From Minisyncoccota bacterium (lineage in GTDB: Bacteria; Patescibacteriota; Minisyncoccia; UBA6257; JAGOQP01), in assembly GCA_036170035.1 (NCBI GenBank), contig JAVHOK010000047.1:1-33255 (forward strand): a DNA stretch of 33,255 nucleotides, read 5' to 3'. The translations under genes and the position numbers were made by a program. Every line of letters begins with the position of its first letter. The stretch's first letter is position 1. A model generated the notes under the pieces. The model saw nothing but the letters and a program-made list of their open reading frames with translations. It was not told where the DNA came from and ran no database searches. Below, one piece after another: positions 6,401-14,639 of this stretch.

Positions 6401-8146
6401 ATGGAACCAATTAAGGAAATAAAAGAAAAATTAGATATTGTAGATGTGGTTAAGGACTATATTCAGCTTTTTCCGGCTGGAAAGAATTTCAAAGCTGTTT
6501 GTCCTTTTCACAAAGAAAAAACTCCATCTTTTATAATTTCTCCCGATAGACAAACATGGCATTGTTTCGGTTCGTGTAATGAAGGAGGAGATGTGATTTC
6601 TTTTGTGATGAAGTATGAGAATCTTGAATTTTATGAGGCGCTAAAAATGTTGGCTGAAAGAGCGGGGGTGGAGCTAAAATCAATTTCGCCTTCTGGACAA
6701 AAAGAATTTGGAATTTTATATGATATAAATTTGGCGTCGGTGGAATTTTATAAAGATCAATTAGTGCCCCATCAAGAAGCGAGGGATTATCTTGAAGAAA
6801 GAGGCATAAAAAAAGAAACGATAGATGATTTTGAAATTGGTTTTGCTCCAACAGATAGAGATGCGTTAATTTTATACTTAGTTAATAGAGGTTACGAAAT
6901 TCAAGATGTTGAAAGAGCAGGGCTTTGTTTTAAAACAGAGAGAGGAACTTATATGGATAGATTTAGAGGAAGATTAATGTTTCCTCTTTATAATACATTT
7001 GGTAAAGTAGTTGGGTTTTCTGGAAGAATTTTACCTCAATATGATGATGGAAAAAGTGGTAAATATGTAAATAGTCCAGAAACTTTGATTTTTAACAAAT
7101 CAAAAACATTATACGGTTTTCATAAATCAAAGTCTTACATTAAAGAAGCAAAGCAAGTTTTATTTGTGGAGGGGCAAATGGATTTTTTGATGCTTTATCA
7201 AGATGGTGTAAAAAATGTGATTGCGACATCAGGAACAGCTTTAACAAATCATCATTTGGAAATTTTGAAGAAAGTTTGTGATACGGCTGTTTTTGCTTTT
7301 GATAGCGATGAAGCCGGTTTGTCAGCCATAGAGAGAGCGATTGATATGGCGCATACTATGGATTTAAATGTAAAAGCGTTTACTTTAGAAGATGCCAAAG
7401 ATCCAGCTGAATATATAGTTAAAAATCCTGGACAGATTGATAGATTAATTAGACATAATTCTTTGTCGGCCTTTGATTTTTATTACCAAAGATTGATTGA
7501 AAAAAATGATTCGGATAATTTAAAGATAAAATTGAGATCTTTTTTGTCTAAAATATTACACATCGCCAGTCCAATAGAAAGAAGTTCTTGGGTAAGAAAA
7601 ATTGCGGAAAAAATTGGAATGGCCGAAAGAGTTATTTACGAAGAGATGGAAATGTTTAAAGGAGTTAAAAAAGCTAGTGTTGTTGTTGATAATAAAAATG
7701 ATGAAAATAAAACAAATGACTTAAAGGATTCTGTGAAACAAGTAAAATCTCGCGTTCAAAGAATTGCGATGGATATTTTTATATTAACTATGATTGATCG
7801 TCAAAACGTTGGTTTAATTGAAGATTATAAAAATTATTTTCCGCAACCATTTGATAGTTTACTCGGCTTTATGTTAGAAGATAAAAAACCAGTAGAATTA
7901 TCAGAGTCAGATAATATTTTTTCTTATTTGGAAATGAAAGCTTCGTTAAAACATGGTCAAATAGAGCAAGAAAAAATTCCTATGGAAATAAGTTTTCTTC
8001 TTAAAGAATTAAAAAGAGAATACTTGAAAGACAGAAAACAAGAATTATTATCTGAAATAAAAAAATCGGAGCAAAATAATAGTCCTGATAAAATTGGAGC
8101 GCTACTTAAAGAATTTGACGAAATAGTAAAATTAATAGATAATTAG
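6401..8146 (+). CDS. dnaG: DNA primase
   Basis: Zinc-binding CPFHKEKTPSF...WHCFGC-type motif and Toprim motifs EG.MD and FDSDEAG. Confidence 0.9.
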   Translation: MEPIKEIKEKLDIVDVVKDYIQLFPAGKNFKAVCPFHKEKTPSFIISPDRQTWHCFGSCNEGGDVISFVMKYENLEFYEALKMLAERAGVELKSISPSGQKEFGILYDINLASVEFYKDQLVPHQEARDYLEERGIKKETIDDFEIGFAPTDRDALILYLVNRGYEIQDVERAGLCFKTERGTYMDRFRGRLMFPLYNTFGKVVGFSGRILPQYDDGKSGKYVNSPETLIFNKSKTLYGFHKSKSYIKEAKQVLFVEGQMDFLMLYQDGVKNVIATSGTALTNHHLEILKKVCDTAVFAFDSDEAGLSAIERAIDMAHTMDLNVKAFTLEDAKDPAEYIVKNPGQIDRLIRHNSLSAFDFYYQRLIEKNDSDNLKIKLRSFLSKILHIASPIERSSWVRKIAEKIGMAERVIYEEMEMFKGVKKASVVVDNKNDENKTNDLKDSVKQVKSRVQRIAMDIFILTMIDRQNVGLIEDYKNYFPQPFDSLLGFMLEDKKPVELSESDNIFSYLEMKASLKHGQIEQEKIPMEISFLLKELKREYLKDRKQELLSEIKKSEQNNSPDKIGALLKEFDEIVKLIDN

Positions 8147-8169
8147 GCCAATAATCTTTTCCTTAATAT

Positions 8170-9522
8170 ATGAAAAAAATACTCAAGAAGAAAATCGCCA
8201 AAAAACAGGCAAAACGGGCAAAAAGAAATCATAAGGCCATAAAAAAGAACAAACCGAAGGTAAAGAAAATAAAGAAGGTGGCTAAAAAAATTCTTATTAA
8301 AAAAAAGAAGAAAGTTGTAAAAAAGGCTAAAAAAATAAAAAAAAATAAAAAAACTTCTAAAAAAGGAGTAGTTAAATCTGGAAAGAAAAAAGATATCAAA
8401 AACGACAACCTTAGAAAACCACCAGTGGCCATAGAGTTACCCAAAATAAATTCTAAATTTTTTGATCAGTCACAAATTGAGGAGTTAATAGAGAGGGGAA
8501 AATCAAGAGGTTTTGTAACTGATTCTGAGATTATTTCTGTTTTTCCTCAAATTGAAAAAGATATAGAGGTTTTAGAACAAGTTTATACTTATTTAGATGC
8601 TAGTAATATTAAAGTAATTGAAGTTGGACAATTAATAGAAACGGAAGTTAATGAGGTCTCTCAAAAAGAAATTGATCGTTTAGATACAAGTGATTTACCC
8701 GATGCGGTTCAACTCTACCTTAAATCTATTGGAAGAACAGCTCTTTTAAGTGGACAAGAAGAAAAAGATCTAGCCAAAAGGGCAGAAAAAAATGACGAAG
8801 AAGCAAGGCATAAATTAATACAAGCAAACTTAAGATTGGTAGTTTCTATTGCTAAGCATTATGTAAATAGAAGTGTTAATTTGAGTATTTTGGATTTAAT
8901 ACAAGAAGGAAACATTGGACTTTCTCGTGCTGTGGATAAATTTGATTATAGAAAAGGATTTAAATTTTCTACTTATGCGACCTGGTGGATTAGACAGGCG
9001 ATTACTAGAGCTTTAGCTGATCAATCAAGAACAATTCGTATTCCAGTCCATATGGTAGAAACAATTTCAAAATATACCCAAGTTAAAAGAAGATTGGCTC
9101 AAGAATTAGGAAGAGATCCTTTAGCGGAAGAAATTGCGATTGAAATGAATATTGGAGTTGATAAAATTAGACACATTCAAGAAATCTCACAAGAAGTGCT
9201 TTCTTTGGAATCACCCGTGGGAGATGATGATGAGAGTTCTACTTTGTCAGAGTTTATTAAAGATGAAAAGGGAATGACTCCAGATCAGATGACTTCGCAT
9301 ACTCTTTTACATGAAAAAATTGTTGAAATTATGGAAGATTTAGCACCAAGAGAAAGAGAGATTATTTCGATGCGTTTTGGTTTGATAGATGGAGTGCCTC
9401 ATACTTTGGAAGATGTTGGAAAGAGATTCGGAGTAACTCGTGAGCGCATTAGACAAATTGAAGCTAAGGCCTTGGAGAAAATGAAAGATCATGAGAAATC
9501 AAAAGCATTGGAAGAATACTAA
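8170..9522 (+). CDS. rpoD: RNA polymerase sigma-70 family primary sigma factor with poly-Lys N-terminus
   Basis: Region 2 ([37 protein letters not shown]), IRIPVHM, and region 4 ([19 protein letters not shown]). Located directly after dnaG. Confidence 0.9.
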   Translation: MKKILKKKIAKKQAKRAKRNHKAIKKNKPKVKKIKKVAKKILIKKKKKVVKKAKKIKKNKKTSKKGVVKSGKKKDIKNDNLRKPPVAIELPKINSKFFDQSQIEELIERGKSRGFVTDSEIISVFPQIEKDIEVLEQVYTYLDASNIKVIEVGQLIETEVNEVSQKEIDRLDTSDLPDAVQLYLKSIGRTALLSGQEEKDLAKRAEKNDEEARHKLIQANLRLVVSIAKHYVNRSVNLSILDLIQEGNIGLSRAVDKFDYRKGFKFSTYATWWIRQAITRALADQSRTIRIPVHMVETISKYTQVKRRLAQELGRDPLAEEIAIEMNIGVDKIRHIQEISQEVLSLESPVGDDDESSTLSEFIKDEKGMTPDQMTSHTLLHEKIVEIMEDLAPREREIISMRFGLIDGVPHTLEDVGKRFGVTRERIRQIEAKALEKMKDHEKSKALEEY

Positions 9523-9524
9523 AT

Positions 9525-9558
9525 GACTAACAACTTACGACTAACGACCCACAACAAG
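9525..9558 (+). repeat. heptamer array copy B: GACTAAC AACTTAC GACTAAC GACCCAC + AACAAG
   Basis: Read directly from the sequence. Begins 2 nt after the rpoD TAA. Confidence 0.8.
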
Positions 9559-9567
9559 AAATATTTT

Positions 9568-9596
9568 TTGCATTTTATTTCAAAAAAGTATAGTAT
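9568..9596 (+). promoter_or_regulatory. candidate alaS promoter TTGCAT-17-TAGTAT overlapping the terminator hairpin
   Basis: TTGCAT at 9568-9573, 17-nt spacer, TAGTAT at 9591-9596. Confidence 0.3.
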
Positions 9597-9617
9597 ATGA
9601 CTATACTTTTTTGTTTT
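9582..9617 (+). terminator. intrinsic (bidirectional-looking) terminator after rpoD
   Basis: AAAAAAGTATAGT-atatg-ACTATACTTTTTT forms a perfect 13-bp stem, followed by GTTTT. Confidence 0.7.
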
Positions 9618-9624
9618 ACATAAG

Positions 9625-11439
9625 ATGACATTATTTAATAAAACCAGAGAAGATTTTTTAGAGTTTTTTAAAAAGAGAGGGCATAAAATTGTGCCTTCGT
9701 CTTCTTTAATACCCGATGATCCTTCGGTGCTTTTGACAACGGCAGGAATGCAACAATTCAAAAAATATTATACGGGTGAATTAAATCCTCAGTCTGATTT
9801 TGGATCAAACAGAACAACGACATTGCAAAAATGTTTTAGAACAAGCGACATAGAAGAAGTTGGAGATGATACTCATTTGACATTTTTTGAGATGATGGGA
9901 AATTTTTCTTTTGGTCCGGTTGGGTCTGATGATCCTACAGATTTTAGTTTAAGTGGCTATTTTAAGAGATCAGCAATTGTTTGGGCTTATGAATTTATAA
10001 CAAATACATTAGAAATATCTCCAGAAAGAATTTATGTGACTGTTTTTGAAGGAGACAATCAAACGCCAACTGATAAAGAATCTTATGCAATTTGGAAAAA
10101 CGAAATTGGACTTTCGGAAGATAAGATTAAAAGTGGTAAAAGAGAGGATAATTTCTGGGGTCCAACGGGCGTTGAGGGTCCATGTGGTCCAACTACAGAA
10201 ATATATGTGGATAATGTTGAAGTTTGGAATTTGGTTTTCAATGAATACTACAAGACGCGGATCAACGCAGATGAGGACAACGCGGATCAACGCGGAAAAT
10301 ATGTAAAAGTAAAAAATCCCGGAATTGATACTGGAATGGGGTTTGAAAGATTGTTGGTGATGTTAGAGGGAGTAAAAAATGTTTTTGAGACAAGCGCTTT
10401 TTCTTCTATAATTTCTGAAATAAAAAAATCAGCTGTTAAATCTTCGGAAAGAGAGGTAAGAATTTTAGCTGATCATATTAGATCGTCAGCTTTTTTGATC
10501 GCTGATGGCATTAGGCCTTCTAATAAAGAAGCTGGTTATGTTTTAAGGAGATTACTGAGAAGGATTATCGCGATAAAAATAAAAAATGATATTCATTCGG
10601 ATGTATTTCAAATTGGTTTTGAACAAGTTAAAAATTTCTTTGGGAAATATTATCCGGAGTTAAATAATGAAAAAGAAATTTTATCTGTTTGGAATGATGA
10701 GTTTGAAAAGTTTCAAGAAAGTATCGCCAAGGGAATGAAAGAGGTTACTAAATATCAAAAGATTACCGGCAAAGAAGCTTTTTATATTTATGAATCTTTC
10801 GGACTTCCGTATGAATTGATTTTAGAATTGGCTGTTCCAGAATCTATCAAAGATTTAAATAGAGAAGACTTTGAAAATGAATATAAAAAGCATCAAGAAA
10901 TTTCAAGAGCAGGGATAGCTAATAAATTTGGAGGACATGGACTAGTTTTAGATACAGGTGAATTAAAAGCAGGTAGCAATGAAGAGTTAGCGAGAGTAAT
11001 TAAAATGCATACAGCTACTCATTTACTTCAATGGTCTTTGAGAAAAAATATAGATTTAAATATAAAACAAATGGGATCAGATATAAATCCGCAAAGATTA
11101 AGATTTGATTTTAATTTTGATAGAAAACTAACTCCAGAAGAAATCAAAACAGTGGAATTGGATATTAATCGAGTTATTCAAAAAGATTTACCTGTTTATT
11201 TTAAAGAGATGCCCAAAGAAGAGGCTTTGTTAGTAGGAGCTTTATCATTTTTTAGACAAAAATATCCAGATATAGTTAAGATATATTTTATAGGATCGGA
11301 AACAAATGGAGGAATTGTGAGCACTGAATTTTGTGGCGGTCCTCATGTTAATCATACGCTTGAAATTGGTAGCTTTAAAATTACGAAAGAAGAATCAGTA
11401 GCTAAGGGAATAAGACGAATTAGAGCAACAATTGGATAA
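9625..11439 (+). CDS. alaS: alanine--tRNA ligase, short form (604 aa, no C-Ala domain)
   Basis: FFKKRGHKIVPSSSLIPDDPSVLLTTAGMQQFK, IDTGMGFERL, and editing-domain motifs HTATHLL and CGGPHV near the C-terminus. Confidence 0.9.
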   Translation: MTLFNKTREDFLEFFKKRGHKIVPSSSLIPDDPSVLLTTAGMQQFKKYYTGELNPQSDFGSNRTTTLQKCFRTSDIEEVGDDTHLTFFEMMGNFSFGPVGSDDPTDFSLSGYFKRSAIVWAYEFITNTLEISPERIYVTVFEGDNQTPTDKESYAIWKNEIGLSEDKIKSGKREDNFWGPTGVEGPCGPTTEIYVDNVEVWNLVFNEYYKTRINADEDNADQRGKYVKVKNPGIDTGMGFERLLVMLEGVKNVFETSAFSSIISEIKKSAVKSSEREVRILADHIRSSAFLIADGIRPSNKEAGYVLRRLLRRIIAIKIKNDIHSDVFQIGFEQVKNFFGKYYPELNNEKEILSVWNDEFEKFQESIAKGMKEVTKYQKITGKEAFYIYESFGLPYELILELAVPESIKDLNREDFENEYKKHQEISRAGIANKFGGHGLVLDTGELKAGSNEELARVIKMHTATHLLQWSLRKNIDLNIKQMGSDINPQRLRFDFNFDRKLTPEEIKTVELDINRVIQKDLPVYFKEMPKEEALLVGALSFFRQKYPDIVKIYFIGSETNGGIVSTEFCGGPHVNHTLEIGSFKITKEESVAKGIRRIRATIG

Positions 11440-11443
11440 AAAA

Positions 11444-12658
11444 ATGAAAAATATTATAGAAAAAATAAAAAATTGGATTTCACAATTTTATAATAAAAAA
11501 AGATTTCTTTATTTCACAATTCTTTCCAATGGATTGGTTGTGGTAAAAAAAATAATTTATACATCAGAAAATAAACAATGGAAATTTCTATCAGAAAGAA
11601 ATCTAGGAGAGTTTTTGGAAAAAGATTTTTTTCAACAAAAGGTAAATAGAATGTTTTTCAAATTTTTATTCTTTCCATTTAAATATCAGGTAATTATTAA
11701 TATTCCTCATTCCTATTGTCGTTCTAAGTATTTTCAGATTAATCACAAAAGAAACTCTTCTAAATCTCCTATAAGCGAAGGAGAAATGACTCTTATTTTT
11801 TCAAATTATTTATTAAAACTTTTGGATTCAAACAAAAAAGAAGTTTTGGAAAAAAATGGATTTGACGAATTAAATATTCTTTTAGTAGATCATAAAGTAA
11901 TTGATTCATCTATTGACGGAAAAAGATTTTTTCCTCAATCTGAGTTGGTAATGGATAGTTTGGGTAAGGATTTGAAGATTGGTATGGTACATACATTCTT
12001 GTATCGTCCAATTTCTAGTGGATTTAATAAGATGTTACCAAGTCGAGCAAAAGTTTGGGGATATTTTGAAGATGGTTTTAACTTGCCACTGGGGCTTCAC
12101 CTTAATTATCAAAACGATCCTAAAACAAAAAATAAAAAATCTTTGTTTGCGATTGTAAAAGAAGAAGAGACTCATATTTATCAAGATAACTTAAATGAAA
12201 TAAAATTTTTTGATACTTTCGGTTTTGGATATAAAAATATATACAATGCTTTAAATAACGCATTAGGAATTCAATATGAAGAGTTTTTTATTTTGTTACA
12301 AAAGTTAGCTAAGCAAGACATGTCACCAAGTACAATGATGCATATACTAAGAATTATTGAGGTGGAATTACAGAGATTATATAATGGATTGTTGTTGTTT
12401 AAAAAAGAATTTGGATCTTTGTCTATTTATCTTGATGCCGGGCCTTTGACAGAGATTTTGAGAAATCACAAAAGATTTTCTCCGATGTTAATTTGTGATG
12501 AATGGAAAATGGAATCTTCAGACGATTTTAATGGTTTAAATATTTCTAAAAATAATATTGCTGATTTGATGTATGGCTCTTTGTCAAAAAGTAATATTTT
12601 AAATTCTCTTTCGGCTAAACATATTAGATGGCTTATCCCTTATAATATAAATTCTTAA
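11444..12658 (+). CDS. hypothetical protein; possibly a degenerate actin-fold (FtsA/PilM-like) protein
   Basis: Intact 404-408 aa ORF; the alternative ATG at 11432 overlaps the alaS stop. The segment FGFGYKNIYNALNNALGIQYEEFFILLQKLAKQ loosely resembles the FtsA/PilM GG..it.dIa..l......AE.lK region. The phosphate-binding DxG motifs are not conserved. Confidence 0.55.
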   Translation: MKNIIEKIKNWISQFYNKKRFLYFTILSNGLVVVKKIIYTSENKQWKFLSERNLGEFLEKDFFQQKVNRMFFKFLFFPFKYQVIINIPHSYCRSKYFQINHKRNSSKSPISEGEMTLIFSNYLLKLLDSNKKEVLEKNGFDELNILLVDHKVIDSSIDGKRFFPQSELVMDSLGKDLKIGMVHTFLYRPISSGFNKMLPSRAKVWGYFEDGFNLPLGLHLNYQNDPKTKNKKSLFAIVKEEETHIYQDNLNEIKFFDTFGFGYKNIYNALNNALGIQYEEFFILLQKLAKQDMSPSTMMHILRIIEVELQRLYNGLLLFKKEFGSLSIYLDAGPLTEILRNHKRFSPMLICDEWKMESSDDFNGLNISKNNIADLMYGSLSKSNILNSLSAKHIRWLIPYNINS

Positions 12659-12668
12659 AGATTTTTAT

Positions 12669-12697
12669 TTGATGAAAAGAATAAATTAAGTTATAAT
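12669..12697 (+). promoter_or_regulatory. sigma70-type promoter TTGATG-17-TATAAT
   Basis: TTGATG at 12669-12674, 17-nt spacer, TATAAT at 12692-12697. This is 39 nt upstream of the ATG at 12736. Confidence 0.5.
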
Positions 12698-12735
12698 GTT
12701 TTAAATAAGCAAAACAACATTCGCATTTAAAAAAT

Positions 12736-14142
12736 ATGACAGCCAAAGTTACAAAGAAAAAAATAGTTAAGGTCGTAGACATTGTTGCTTCCGGAACAAA
12801 AATCAGAAAAATTCCTACTCGTAAAATAGACGAGGATTTTTCTATTGATAAAATAAAATCAGAAACCATCAAAGAATTTGAAAAGCCTATTGACCATAAT
12901 AATTGGGCCAGGAAAGAAGATGAATATAATAAAACTAATATTGTAAATGAGGAAATAATAAATTCCTCAAGAGTTTCTAGAGAGAGAATGAGTGGAAAGA
13001 AAAAATTTTATCTTTTTTCTGGTGGTTTAATCACTTTAGCTATTTTGCTTTTCTTATTTAGTTCAATTCTTCCAAGAGTTGATATTAAAGTTGTCACAAA
13101 GAAAGTTCAAGCTGAATATTCGAAAGATGTGGTTGTATCAAAAGACTCTTCGTCTATTGATTTGGATTTAGTTAAAATTCCAGGAGAAATTTTAACTAAA
13201 AAAAATAGTACTGTGATTAAGGTGGCTTCTTCTGGAAAAAAATATATAGAACAAAGAGCAACAGGGAAAATTACTATTTTTAATGCTTATAGTATAGCTC
13301 CGCAATCTTTGGTGGCTAATACAAGATTTGAAACTCCAGACGGGAAAACATATAGAATTGTAGAGAGAATTGTTATTCCGGGGGCAAAGAAGGTGGGCGA
13401 TCAATTAGAGCCCTCAATGATTGATGTTAAAGTGGTGGCTGATAAAGCTGGTCCAAATTATAATATTGGACCGGTAGCTAAATTTACAATTCCAGGTTTT
13501 GCGAGTTCGGATAAGTTTAAGGGATTTTATGCATCTTCCGATTCTCCTATGAGTGGTGGATTTATTGGTGAAGGAGCAATGGTATCTGATGCTGATATAG
13601 AAAAAGCAAAAAAAGATGCGCAAGATAAATTAAGAGACGCAATTATTGCTCAAATGAAAATAGATATTGCCCAAGACCCTTCTTTAAAAATATTGGACGG
13701 GGCTCAAAAGTTTACAATTAGTAAAGAAAATGTTGACCCAACAGTTGATGAATCTGGACAATTTTCTATTTCTTTAGAAGGAGAATTATCAGCAATGGTT
13801 TTTAAAGAAGCGGACGCAGTTAATATTTTAAGAGAGCTGTATATAAAAGAAAATAAATTAGACGAGGATTTAAAAGAAAAAGATTTTCAAATTAGTTATT
13901 TAAATCCCGTAGTTGATTGGCAAAATGGAAAGATGACCTTGCCAGTTACTTACAAAGCAACTCTTTGGATTCCATTTAATACAGAAGAAATGAAAAACAG
14001 TATAACTGGCTTTGATGACATTAAACTGAAACAAAGCGTTCTAGATGCTAAAGGAATAGATAAGGTAAATGTTATGTTTTGGCCGTTTTATGTAAACAGT
14101 GTTCCTAATAAAATAAGCAAGATAAATATTACAGTCGAATGA
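12736..14142 (+). CDS. hypothetical single-pass membrane protein (468 aa) with a large extracytoplasmic domain
   Basis: Lys-rich ~90-aa N-terminal region, one TM helix (FYLFSGGLITLAILLFLFSSILP), then a ~350-aa beta-rich region. No family assigned with confidence. Confidence 0.6.
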   Translation: MTAKVTKKKIVKVVDIVASGTKIRKIPTRKIDEDFSIDKIKSETIKEFEKPIDHNNWARKEDEYNKTNIVNEEIINSSRVSRERMSGKKKFYLFSGGLITLAILLFLFSSILPRVDIKVVTKKVQAEYSKDVVVSKDSSSIDLDLVKIPGEILTKKNSTVIKVASSGKKYIEQRATGKITIFNAYSIAPQSLVANTRFETPDGKTYRIVERIVIPGAKKVGDQLEPSMIDVKVVADKAGPNYNIGPVAKFTIPGFASSDKFKGFYASSDSPMSGGFIGEGAMVSDADIEKAKKDAQDKLRDAIIAQMKIDIAQDPSLKILDGAQKFTISKENVDPTVDESGQFSISLEGELSAMVFKEADAVNILRELYIKENKLDEDLKEKDFQISYLNPVVDWQNGKMTLPVTYKATLWIPFNTEEMKNSITGFDDIKLKQSVLDAKGIDKVNVMFWPFYVNSVPNKISKINITVE

Positions 14143-14156
14143 TTTATTCTCGTTTC

Positions 14157-14177
14157 AACTTATTGCTAATTACTATT
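14157..14177 (+). repeat. decayed heptamer array copy D: AACTTAT TGCTAAT TACTATT
   Basis: Period-7 CT register matches copies A-C, with C-to-T changes at the unit ends. Begins 14 nt after the TGA stop at 14140-14142. Confidence 0.35.
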
Positions 14178-14235
14178 TAGGAGTTGTTTTTTAATTGTTT
14201 TAGTTTATAAAAACTTAAGATTTATTGTAGGGGGG

Positions 14236-14264
14236 TTGACTTTTTTGGAGATATTTTCTATTAT
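14236..14264 (+). promoter_or_regulatory. sigma70-type promoter TTGACT-17-TATTAT ahead of infA
   Basis: TTGACT at 14236-14241, 17-nt spacer, TATTAT at 14259-14264. TATAAT overlaps at 14262-14267. Confidence 0.55.
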
Positions 14265-14277
14265 AATCATCACATTA

Positions 14278-14490
14278 ATGGCAATAAAAGAACAAGAAAA
14301 ATTAATAGACGGTTTGGTTGTTGAAGCCCTACCTTCTACTCTTTTTAGGATTCAAACAGCAAGCGAAATAATTCTCGCTCATTTATCTGGTAAAATGAGA
14401 TTGCATCATATAAAGGTTATGCCAGGGGATAAAGTTTTACTAAAACTTAGCCCTGATGGAACGAGGGGAATTATTACAAGAAGAATATAA
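14278..14490 (+). CDS. infA: translation initiation factor IF-1
   Basis: GLVVEALPSTLFRI......ILAHLSGKMR...IKV.PGDKV.L.LSP.D..RG.I..R matches IF-1. The tracked N-terminal extension from 14236 covers the promoter, so I chose the start at MAIKEQ. Confidence 0.85.
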   Translation: MAIKEQEKLIDGLVVEALPSTLFRIQTASEIILAHLSGKMRLHHIKVMPGDKVLLKLSPDGTRGIITRRI

Positions 14491-14493
14491 ATT

Positions 14494-14607
14494 ATGAAAG
14501 TAAGATCATCCGTAAAAAAAATTTGTAAAAGTTGTAAAACAGTCAGAAGATTTGGCCGTGTTTATGTTATCTGTAAAAACGTGAAACATAAGCAAAGACA
14601 AGGATAA
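14494..14607 (+). CDS. rpmJ: 50S ribosomal protein L36 (untracked, 37 aa)
   Basis: My translation: [37 protein letters not shown]. Confidence 0.85.
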   Translation: MKVRSSVKKICKSCKTVRRFGRVYVICKNVKHKQRQG

Positions 14608-14639
14608 TTATTAATAAAATAAAATTAATTTAAACATTT

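Noticed and set aside
8229-8444. 71-aa - strand ORF rich in Phe (FFFF...) opposite rpoD
   Set aside because: It is the mirror image of the AAA/AAG lysine codons of the rpoD tail, so it is an antisense artefact. The same reasoning applies to the other tracked antisense or alternate-frame ORFs inside well-supported genes, including 1210-1479, 4525-4845, 6531-6851, 9519-9761, 10009-10290, 10046-10306, 12633-12872, 13192-13404, 13414-13623, 15233-15454, 17977-18288, 18345-18569, 18562-18801, 19660-19887, 20024-20323, 20290-20571, 21149-21331, 21619-21801, 22796-23011, 25625-25861, 26821-27066, 27250-27639, 29915-30100, 30638-30829, 31076-31288 and 31641-32078.
9523-9603. 26-aa ORF (MTNNLRLTTHNKKYFLHFISKKYSI) starting right after the rpoD stop and reading through heptamer array B
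   Set aside because: The equivalent frames in copies A and C are closed almost immediately. The coding potential is therefore not shared by the repeat family and the ORF is probably fortuitous.
14236-14277. Tracked N-terminal extensions of infA (from 14236), rplC (19326), rpsS (21849), rplF (26384), lemA (2544) and the hydrolase-like gene (2531)
   Set aside because: The extensions overlap promoters, upstream genes or leaders and are not part of the conserved protein N-termini. I chose internal ATGs that match family N-termini.
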